Source: Amoebidium appalachense
Taxonomy: Eukaryota > Protista > Ichthyosporea
Assembly (NCBI GenBank): GCA_963693365.1
Contig: CAVNZM010000005.1
Span: 5,401,167-5,465,166 of the forward strand
Direction of reading: 5' to 3'
DNA length: 64,000 bases
Positions 1 through 20,965 of this stretch are shown here, one piece after another. The position numbers were made by a program, and so were the translations under genes. How positions within the stretch are numbered: position 1 is the stretch's first letter; each line of letters opens with the position of its first letter. Under the pieces are notes generated by a model that was not told the origin of the DNA, did no database searches, and worked only from the letters and a program-made list of their open reading frames with translations.

Positions 1-167
1 CATGTAAAGGGTGTCTCCCCTCGGTACCAACAGCAGAGAGAAATGGCATTTTGATTTTGCTATGTGAAAGTACGTGGCGGAAAATTGAATCAAAATCTTA
101 GAAGTTGTTTTATTTCATGTTTTAAAGTGTACACATGTTGTGGTTATTTTATTTTGTAGGTTTGCAG

Positions 168-10263
<10,096 letters not shown>

Positions 10264-10509
10264 GGCAATATGATTGGACCGCATGGCCGTGGAAGAGCCT
10301 GATATGGTAATTGTGAAGATATGTGGTGTGTGTGTCACTGAGATGAATTTGCAAGGTAGCCTGATGGAATAGAGGGTCTCAGTGATTGGAAAAGAAATGA
10401 TCTAATCCATCATTGGTCGAAGTTACTGCTTTCGGTTGTGATGATGGTTGTGTGTGTGTGTGCGCGCGCGCGCGCGTGCGCGTGCGTGTTTTGTGTGTGT
10501 GTTGAGTGT

Positions 10510-10544
<35 letters not shown>

Positions 10545-10644
10545 GGGACATGAAAAACAGACGAGCTACTTAGTAGGCCCAAATAACTCTTCATTTTCCG
10601 ACTGTATGAACTATATATGAAGTCAACGAACATAATCGCCAAGT

Positions 10645-10705
10645 CCCCCCCCCCCCCCCCCCCCCCCCCTTCGGGGGGGGGGGGGGGGGGGGAGGGGGGG
10701 GGGGG
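10645..10705. other. C25-TTC-G-run inverted repeat (cUUCGg-capped hairpin potential)
   Basis: C run 10645-10669, TTC, then G run 10673-10705 with one A. Lies ~380 nt after the TLK stop. Confidence 0.6.
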
Positions 10706-11107
10706 ATGGATTATGTATTATATCTCCCTAGGGAGATATTCATCTGGCCCAAGCTGAGTCTTGCAATGGTGTGGATTTAGTGTTGCTTGCCTGTGCTTAT
10801 TTAATATCTGTGGTAAACTAGCATGCGGTTCTTCGCCAAGGGAGTAAATTTGTTGAGATTCATAGTATGATATTATAATAATAATATCCCACGATTTCTT
10901 GTGATCAGATTGAGGTTTTGCAGTAGTAGCCACTGTTTGCATAGTAAACATGTACATTATATCGAGGTCACGTACAGTCATAAAATCGTGACTCTTTGAG
11001 TATCCATGGTTGATACTTTCCTATCAATCCCCCCTTGGCCTGCCCCCCCCCCCCCCCCCCCCCCCCTCCCCCCTCCCCCCCCCCCCCCCCTCCCCCCCTC
11101 CCCCCCC

Positions 11108-11138
<31 letters not shown>

Positions 11139-11141
11139 ACG

Positions 11142-11209
<68 letters not shown>

Positions 11210-11738
11210 GAGAGGGAGAGGGAGAGAGATCTGAGGGAGAGGGAGAGGGAGAGGGAGAGGGAGACTGGGCCCATAACCAACTGAGAAGTAGAGTCCTTAC
11301 AGAGGCACAGTGGAACTGTGAAGGGTAGCATGGTTGGCACAGACTTCTATGAACACAACGTACGCAACGTCCACTACGTACAACTGAGCCTGTCAGTCGT
11401 GTGTCTCGTGGTACACTCCTCCCACAGGGAGGAGTTCCCACGATGATTCCCGGTGGGACGGGGATGAATCTGATTGGCCATTACAATAGAGTAATTCCTA
11501 TTGGTTATACGCGCACTCTTACCATACATGGTAAGTACGTGATCTTTACGCATGTGGATGATGGCGTCAGTAGATGAAGCGTGGCTTGCTCACATGCGTG
11601 CACACATCATACTTTAGCTGAGAGGGAGAGGGGGAGAGAGGGAGGGGAGGGGGGAGGGAGGGGGGGGGGGGGAAGAGGGAGAGGGCGCTGAGGGAGAGGG
11701 AGAGGGAGGGGAGAGGGCCGGAGAGGGAGAGGGACAGG

Positions 11739-11805
<67 letters not shown>

Positions 11806-14662
11806 AGAGGGAACAAATCCGGATCCACGTTCACCGTACCACTATTATTATGGGCACGCTGACCGGCACGGTAACGTTATTAATTAAACCACCACCATCA
11901 AATACTGTATGTCAGCTCTTACTTCGAATTCTATGATAAGATCTGACCGTTTCTGGGCGATTTCCTCTTGTGAACACACACCGTGACACACAAGCACGCA
12001 CACACACACACAAGCACGCACGCAAGCACGCACGCGCGCACACACACACACACCACACATACGTACACACGTATTCTCCTATTATTATCCTCAGACCATG
12101 CTGTGAAACTAGGGGGTTTAAAGCCAGAAAATTGTCCCTGAAAGTCCGAAAATTATTCCTAACGTTTCGAGGTTACATAGGTCCATCAATTTCTGAAACA
12201 TTGGCCCTAACAGGGCCAAATATATTCGAAAAATGGCACAGAAAAACGGTTGTTGGCTCTATTAGGGCCATCCAGGCTGGTGGAAGGCTGCCAAAATGGC
12301 ACTAGCCTAAAACAAATTTCACACCCTGCCTCAGACTTTGTCGACGTCTCGCGATCGGAGATCTGGAGGTTTGAGGCAAAATACCTGCTATCGACTTTTT
12401 TTGGCTTTTCGTTACAGCCCATTTTGATTGGCTGGAGTGAGGAAGCTTGTTGGCTCACGGGCAATAGTGTACGACTATATGTGCAAACAGGTATTCCCCA
12501 TAGGTTTGGATTTCAATTGTTGACCAAATATATGTAAATACCAATGTTCTTCTGGGGTTGATGGAATAATTAATTAATGCTGAACGTGGTTACGCTGTTC
12601 AACAAGTTGTTCTTGATCTGTGCACATATTCTCCACCCTGGATTCCTGGAATTCTAGAAAACAAATCAGATCGAGTGCTAGCTAGCATTATAATTGGCTA
12701 TGTTTTGAATCTAAAGTTGGAAAACCAATCATAAGTCACAAACGCTCTTTCAAGTCACAATTGGATCTTGCCTCTATCCTTTATCCAATAGAACCATTTA
12801 GCAAGCCGGGTGGAAAACAAATACGGGGGAATGGGAAACTTCCGAAAGATCTGGTCTGGAAAGCCTGATTTGGAAAACAGAGTGTCTCAAGGGGTAGCAG
12901 CTCACAGCCGCAAAAAGTTAAATGAAACAACAACTACAACATAATAGTTGTATTTGATTCTATTAACACAGTAAGTAGGTCTGCACTTATTGGGATCCTT
13001 TACGCCTTCACGTGTATGGGAACTTTTTCTGGCAATCAATATTGAAGGAAAGCGAAAGTTCGTACGGGTTGCCAAAGAAAGATTGGTCCAAGTTCCAACC
13101 CTGTTGACAACGATTCAAGAGTTGGATCCCCCAAAATCATTACAATTCATACGTGACTTGCCGCCAGTTTCCGATATTTCAGTTTCATAAAATAAACATA
13201 TAAAGCCTTTATAATTTTCACATTAAGTTTACAGCTGTAAGATTTACCCTAGTGGGTGGAAGTACTGTGGCCTTGGTGCTAGCACTTCATCCGATGGCAC
13301 AGTGTATATTGTTGTCGATATCTTGACATTCCCCCTAAATTTTAGAGTCTACATTTCATGACATCAAGAAATAATGTTACAGTCTCAAACAACAAAATGT
13401 TGCTCTATTATGAGAGGTGAAAGGACAACAGGAACTCAAAAAATACAAATATGTGTAATATTGTACAAAATTTAGGTATATTATGCTATAAATATATCAA
13501 CATTGGGGTGGGAGTCTCAAAACTCTACGGGTTTATTCCCCGAGAGCTTACCTTTTACATGGTTGCGCCCCATAACAGGAAGTTCGGGGGGATCAAGAGC
13601 TTTGATGACAACCAATCGCAAGCTGCTGCTTTTGCGTTTATTGGTTCCTCCTAGACTAAACAAACTGTCCAACGCTGATCGAATGGGGTTCAAGCCCCAA
13701 AAGTCGTTTTTAGTGCATATTTTCAAACGACGAAATCACTCGCCGTATGGGCGGCACGGGGTATGATTGCTAAAAGCTGAAAGTAAGAACATTTGTTTTC
13801 AACTTTTTCTTGTCATATTACTCACACATTATTATTACCTTTGAAAATATTTTTCTATGCATTTCTATAAACTTACATATACCCTACATGGCGGCGGAGA
13901 GGTCAAAAGTCAACATTTCAAGTTATCTGTTATTTTCACAACGGTAACGGTAGATTGCTGAGTATAGGAGGTCCAATCGCCACATGTTGAACATGTGCCT
14001 TTCCAGAGTTGCAGCTCTGATCAGTCTCGCTGAGTTGCGCCAACGAATCGATCTCTCCTATGTCGACACAAGCCTTCTACGGTTCCATGGCTCTATCGAA
14101 ATCTTTGAAAACACATATTTTTCAACGCAATATTTTTTACTCTTTTTCAATGTCTATGGTAATAAATAAGCACCAACACAAAATACTGAGTTTAAGAGTG
14201 TTAAGAACACGGGCAGGTAGATCGATTTCTCGTTTCTAGAGGGGCTTTTTTGCAAGGCTGTTACGGGTGATAGAACGAAGAAAAACAACAACCGTTGTTG
14301 CATCTCCGGTTGCTCAAAGGACAACGATAGAAGACACCTTTTTACCTCTTTTCTTGTTGTTTAAAACACTTAATCTCTGCCCCTATATTATTTCAGAATA
14401 GAGTTTTCCGTTCTCCCGGGCTATGTGGAACAGAGGAAAACTTTCCTTGTAGGTGTTTCTTGTTTGGTTTCGTACACCAAACATCTGTTTCCTCTGAAAT
14501 AACTCTGCCATGCCATGTTTCTTTAAAATCGTAGCACATTTTTATACTCACGAAGTGGTGGAATAGGACGGTACAACCAAGAAGTTGTGTCGCGCAAACC
14601 TCACTTCTGGAAACTATGACACGAACGTATACAAACTAGGTCGACCCAACCAACATCCATTC

Positions 14663-16018
14663 ATGGCGAACGTTGTTGATGTTACGACTGGGCCGTCGCC
14701 GACTACGACCGACGGACCAAAGAAAGTAGCAAGAGCAAACAGCATCTGCAGAGGTCGCTTTACACTTGTTCCCATCGAAAAGGCTTTCTCCGTTTCTGTT
14801 TCCCCTGCAGATGGCACATCGGGTTTCCCAAGCGCACATTCACCAGAACAGACGGACAAATCTTTGTGGGAAAAGAAAGATAGCGAGAAAACCCCGTCGT
14901 GTAACGATGATGGCACGGGTGAACACGCAGAACAGACCGATTTCAGCCGCCATGCAAGCTGTGGGAGCATGGGCTCTTCAACATTGTGTTCGTGGGCACA
15001 CACACAGAACTCGTCTTTCGTTGCCCCGTTTGACTTTGTCGCTTCACACGACATTAAGGGGCCACCGCCATCGTCATCACCGCCAAGCAGCGCCTGCACA
15101 TATGCCGCCTTCCAAGCAAAACATCACGCATACAACCCCTCAGAATCTCATTCGGCGCCAATAAGGAGGGGTCAGAAGACACCGTCGTATTCGGACGTCC
15201 GTATGGCTTCTTGTGAGCGCCCAGCACCCCCCCACCGAGCCACAAGTTTCCACGAACGTATCCGTCCAAACTCCGTCTCTGCACCTGTTCTTCCCGCTGT
15301 ATCCGCACCCTTGAACGTGCGCAGGCCATCTGTCGCTGGAGCTCACACGCCCACCAAGGAGAGTCGCTTAAAACAGTCTTTCTCCTACCCTATGGGTCCT
15401 CCGGCCACAGCTGGGCCGGAACGTCGCCGTAGCATCCAGTATCGCACTCTATCCGATCCCCCTACGTCCAGCCTGTATTCAATCCCTTCCCTCGACCTTT
15501 TTTCTTCAACTCCGCCCGAACCTTCCCATCCACCACGTTCGCAGTCGGCTGTTTCCTCTCCTACCAAGATTGGACGGGTCAGGAGCTACACTGTTTCTTC
15601 TACGCCGAGCGACGGGAGTGGGTTGAGCAATGCTCTGTCTTCCTTGGCCATCCAGGAACAGCTTGGTAATCTGATGCAACAGCAAAGAGAGGCAGAACGG
15701 AGGAGAGACGAGCAGTATAGCCAGTTGGTGTCGGCTATCAAGACGGTTTCCCAGCAGCAAGACACACAGGTGACCCAACTGAATCGCCGCATGGACACTC
15801 TCTACAACGGCATTGCGCATACGTATTTGGCGCTGACGGAGGCCGTGCGTGCGTTGAACGAGATCGCGGCGCATTCGGACCACATGGGAGGCGCAAATGG
15901 CGCGGGAAATAATGATATCTTCGGTGCTGTGTGTGATAAATTGGTGGTTGCCGATGACCTTCGGCGGGAAAATAGCGAACTTAGTAAGCGCCTGAAAAAT
16001 CGGGCAGTGATTGATTGA
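14663..16018 (+). CDS. Intronless Ser/Pro-rich disordered protein with C-terminal coiled coil, function unknown
   Basis: Longest non-repetitive ORF in the window (14585-16018; first ATG 14663). Many RRxS/SP motifs. Coiled-coil-like tail IQEQLGNLMQQQREAERRRDEQYSQL...DDLRRENSELSKRLKN. No microsatellite contribution. Confidence 0.8.
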   Translation: MANVVDVTTGPSPTTTDGPKKVARANSICRGRFTLVPIEKAFSVSVSPADGTSGFPSAHSPEQTDKSLWEKKDSEKTPSCNDDGTGEHAEQTDFSRHASCGSMGSSTLCSWAHTQNSSFVAPFDFVASHDIKGPPPSSSPPSSACTYAAFQAKHHAYNPSESHSAPIRRGQKTPSYSDVRMASCERPAPPHRATSFHERIRPNSVSAPVLPAVSAPLNVRRPSVAGAHTPTKESRLKQSFSYPMGPPATAGPERRRSIQYRTLSDPPTSSLYSIPSLDLFSSTPPEPSHPPRSQSAVSSPTKIGRVRSYTVSSTPSDGSGLSNALSSLAIQEQLGNLMQQQREAERRRDEQYSQLVSAIKTVSQQQDTQVTQLNRRMDTLYNGIAHTYLALTEAVRALNEIAAHSDHMGGANGAGNNDIFGAVCDKLVVADDLRRENSELSKRLKNRAVID

Positions 16019-17066
16019 TGTAAGTTTTGTAAATGTACATGGGCATGAATTTAGAGATCGATTCTGTATGTGTATATGGAAAAGATTACTAGAGATCTTT
16101 GTGCGAATTTTCCTTGGTAATTGCTTTCTTCTCTCCCTTCCTTCTTTTGATTTTTCTTGACTTTTTTTCTTTTGTTGACTTGTTCGAACGATCAGTAGTG
16201 TCTGTTGCGAGGGTGTTAACACTTGTGCGAAACAGGCACTAATCATGATGTGTTTACAGATATGGGAATGTACTCGTTGTAATGGAATGAAAAGGATGTA
16301 AGGAAAAACAGAAAATGTTTCGTTTCTGTTCAGCAGTTGTATCAAGGGTAATCAAAACTTGCAAATATTCATGAAAAAGACTTGAGTTTCACGCTCGCTT
16401 GTAACATTTTATGTTTACATATATACTGTGTATGAAACGCATTTTCTAATCATGTAAAATGAGTGTATTAGCCTCTAGCACAATACCTGCCACCGTGGGT
16501 GAAGAAATTCTATATATTCGTGTAAAAAATTGAACTTTCATGTACGAAACACATAACCTGCAGGAGTGTAATTACTGAAATATGTTCATTTTGAACTGAA
16601 ATTAGTGGGCAAGGCACAGCCAGCCCAGCCTCTGCACCTTGTAAAAAAGGAAATAAAACTTATGTGCACGTCAAGAAAATGCGCCGGTTGCTTTCGCGTT
16701 TTGAAATCCCCCCCACCCCCTCCCCCTCCCCCTCTCCCTCCCCCTTGCCGCCAACACGCACTGGCAGACACATGAATACACTGACACACACACACACACA
16801 CTGACACAAACACACTGTTTGGTAGCACATCGGTGCAACTGGAGCCCAAGCCAACCGGTACCTTATCTGGTGTGTGTGTGTGGTTGGGGGGGGGGGGGGG
16901 GGGATCAACACTTTCAATTAGACTAACTTGCTTCACTCCTCTTAAATGATCTTCCCAAACTCTACGGCAAATACAGAGTAATAAGCATTATAGGTTCATT
17001 TAATTAATACTTTCGAAAAAAAAAAGGACTCAGCGGACGTCTGGGAGTGGGCTTTGTCAACGGTGT

Positions 17067-17069
<3 letters not shown>

Positions 17070-17150
<81 letters not shown>

Positions 17151-17337
17151 ATGTGTGTGCGTGTTTGTGTGTGTGTGCGTGCGTGTGTGTACATGTGCGC
17201 AGTGTGCGTGTTTGTGTGTGTGTGTGTGCGTGTGTGTACATGTGCGTGTGTGTTTGTGTGTGTGTGTGCACGTGTGTGTTTGTGTGTGTGTGCGCGCGCG
17301 CGTGTGCCACGTGCGTCACGGAGTGTGTGCGCTCGCA

Positions 17338-17397
<60 letters not shown>

Positions 17398-17456
17398 TGT
17401 GTGTGTGTGTGTGCGTGTGTGTACATGTGCGTGTGTGTTTGTGTGTGTGTGTGCAC

Positions 17457-17487
<31 letters not shown>

Positions 17488-17524
17488 CGTGTGCCACGTG
17501 CGTCACGGAGTGTGTGCGCTCGCA

Positions 17525-17579
<55 letters not shown>

Positions 17580-17582
17580 ACG
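17070..17582. repeat. Compound (GT)n block containing a ~186-bp tandem duplication
   Basis: The unique core gcgcgcgtgtgccacgtgcgtcacggagtgtgtgcgctcgcaagtgtgttt occurs at ~17294 and ~17481. Confidence 0.85.
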
Positions 17583-17892
17583 TGTGCCAACAATTTACGG
17601 TTTTTGTTCAAGAATGTGCGACCCGGCAGTGTGGATGTGTTATCGATACGTCTGCGCACGTGTACACGCCCGCGGCCAAAGTGTGGTGTGCAAATTGTGT
17701 GCTCGGTTGCGTAGATTGTTGTGATGTGCACTAAATTGTCTGACAAGATGTGCATGCTGTGTGCCTGTGTGTGCGCGTGTGTGGATTCAATCGACAGTCC
17801 ATGAATACGTATCGGCCACGGCTGTGCAGCAATTTGTCGGCCCTGGGGTGGGTGGGTGGGTGGGTGGAGGGAGGGGGGAGGAGCCAGAGGTT

Positions 17893-17942
<50 letters not shown>

Positions 17943-18600
17943 CGTGAGGAGACACCACACAACATTATACACGTGCGCCCATCCATTGAGTGGGACACAA
18001 AAAGGTAATCACTCGACTGCCCTTGAATATTAGCTTTGATTATTACCTGTGTTCAGCTAGATTGGGGGTGGGGGCGGTGGGGCAGGGGGGGTTGTGTGAT
18101 TGTGTGCATGTGGAGAAAGTCGGTGTGTGCAAAAATAAAAAATAAAAAATAAAAATTGTAGAGAGTTGTGTCTGAAACTCAAGCTGTCACCTCCCCTAAT
18201 CGGCCCAAGCATATGCCCATACTACCGTCTGTACTAATAATTATCACGTGCCCCGGTAGCTACTCAACCCGATCGCATATCGCTGTACAACTCTTTTTTT
18301 TTTTGCCCCTGTCGATCCAGTTGCTATATAAGGCTATTCCGATCGTTTCCAAAGCCGCCCTAGATGAACCCCTGCTAATTACAGAAAAAAGAAAAACATC
18401 ACAAAACACCGTCATTCGAAGATAAGATTCACCGTGATACTCTGGGAGGCTGGTGCTCACCGTTTGGTGAAACTAAGCAAGAATACATATTAGTGGAAGG
18501 TGATGTGCGAGTTGTGTCTCACCCACACATGTATTCTCTCGTGTAACACCTACATTCCAACATATTCCTACTTTTTTTTCGGTTTTACAAAAACATTTTT

Positions 18601-18677
<77 letters not shown>

Positions 18678-19437
18678 AAAGTTCCCGCCCAAATTTCTAT
18701 ATTTGGCTGGTCGATGCGGTCGCGCGCGAATTATTGGTCCATGAAAATCTATTCAGGATTGCGACACTAGTCCTACTTTTTTTGGTTTTATAAAAACGAC
18801 ATATTGAGTTGGTCGTATTGTGTTGAATTTTCCGTGTCATGATCATGAGCATTAGTGGCCCCACATCTCGACGTCACCAGTTTTATTTCCATATTTACAG
18901 CTTCGAGAGCTTCTACTCAGAGTCCTTACTAGTTGCACAAATACAGCTGACTTACGCTACTGAACATCGAGAAATAAACATTGGCTTTGGGGAGGGGGGG
19001 GGGGGGGGGGGGGGGGAGATCCTATGAGTTACTTAGTGACTAGTAGATTCCAACCTAATTATGAAAGCCGTTACAATACTCATGGCTGCGGCATGACAGT
19101 GATTAACAAGTTTAAACGAGGTTAAATCTCTGTGGGATTCAGTTGTTATGTACATACGTCATTACAAGACTCGCTAACACAAGTGCACGACTGCTTTTTT
19201 TAATTCTTCATATTACAGAAGTTCTGTCTTGCAGATCAAAAAAAGGGAAATACGTGATCATGAAGGAACCGGAAGAAAAAAATAACCTCAAAAAATGCTT
19301 ACACAAATAGTTATCTCTGAACTTACATCCGGGTACTTTACAAAACCAGAGACCCTTTTGGGTCGTAGTGTTTTAAAATTTACATTTCAAGAAAGTAAAC
19401 AATTAGCCTCAGAGTTTTCTACATAACTACGCGTGCC

Positions 19438-20237
19438 TTACACCTCCTCTGAAAAGCTCCTTTTACGGTTTGATTTTTCCGGATAATCCCCCTTCGGCTG
19501 AAGATCCAAACTGTCTTCGTTTCCGGTTGTCTTTAAGTTAGCGTTTTCGATATCGATAAGGGCAGGAACGTCCAGATGCACCTTTACCAAATGGCGTCTT
19601 CTCATCTTGGGCAGCAACATAAATCGGGCGTAGCCGAAAATACAGCACAGACATACGATCAGTCCCATGCTGCCACCAAACAGGCAGACAATTTTGATTA
19701 CCATGCTCGTCGAATCTGATTTATTCGTAGTAGTAGCGGTGTTTGCATTGATTGGTCGATTGTTGGTCACGCTCACACCGTAGTCACCGTACCCAGACTG
19801 ATTTTCGTTCAATAGGAAGAGCTGAGATACGGAAACAATCGTGTCGTTTAGTCGAATACTCGCCTGAAAGAGAATTTCATTGGTGGCTTGTTCACATTTG
19901 GGCTTAGGGGTGGTCGGAAAAACGACGATCCGAATCGAATCTTGTTCCCGTCGAAGGATGCGCACCGTCATCTGGGCAGCTTCTGACGCACAGCCAATCA
20001 AATGAAGTGTCGAATCTGCGAAATCATTCAGGTGTTAGGAACCAAATGTGTCCTCTCACCCCGTGCTCTGTTTTGAACTTCTCCAACTCTCCCCTCCCCT
20101 CCCCCTCCCCCCCTCCCCCCCCCTCCCCCCTCTCCTCCCCCCTCCCCCCTACCCCTCCCCCTCTCCTCCCCTCCCCTCCCCCCCTCCCCTCCCCCCCCCC
20201 CCCACCCCCCAAAAAAAAGAACCAAAAAAGAGAGGCC

Positions 20238-20283
<46 letters not shown>

Positions 20284-20477
20284 GGGGGGAGCAACTCCTT
20301 TACTCCTTCCATAGCTCGACCTACTAGTTCACTAGTAAATGTATGGACTTTAGGGAATTGGAGTGAGAAGGACCAGAACCCGGTGTATTTTTTTTTGTTG
20401 TTGTTTGGATTTTTTCTTTTTTTTTTGCGCGGGCGAGAGGGGGGGTGGGGGGGTGGGGGGGGTGGGGTGGGGTGGCA

Positions 20478-20514
<37 letters not shown>

Positions 20515-20902
20515 CTAGTACCGATAACGGTGACATTCGTCTCATCGATGCCCATTTTCGGCTCCTCCACCGTGCCCAGACCCATCTCCATTGAGAATGG
20601 GCCCACCCAATCAAAAGCCACCTGTGCAATAGGTACCACGTACGCATTGATTGGCCCGTCCGTTGCTATTTTTGTGCAGATGTCGACATTGGTGATGGTG
20701 GTTGCCATGGTAACGGTAACGTTTGTGCATGTGGGATACATGGAATGTGTGCCCGGTTGGCACCTGAATGGAAGGTTGCGGAAGGTGTAGCTTCCGTCCA
20801 ATAGGCATGTGGTATTTGGGCGCCTCTTGGATAAGACTTGCACAAGTTGGGTACAGGGTTGGCCGTCCAAACACGTGATGTTGGGGTGGATGGTGATGGT
20901 GG

Positions 20903-20965
<63 letters not shown>

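Noticed and set aside
12250-13766. Short ORFs as a possible degraded transposon or viral insert
   Set aside because: No RT, integrase or transposase motifs, TIRs or LTRs that I could recognise.
15506-16345. 279-aa minus-strand ORF
   Set aside because: Antisense shadow of the 14663-16018 gene, with no motifs.
20701-20714. RFX X-box-like GTTGCCATGGTAAC
   Set aside because: A single occurrence inside a coding exon (VTMAT), not distinguishable from chance.
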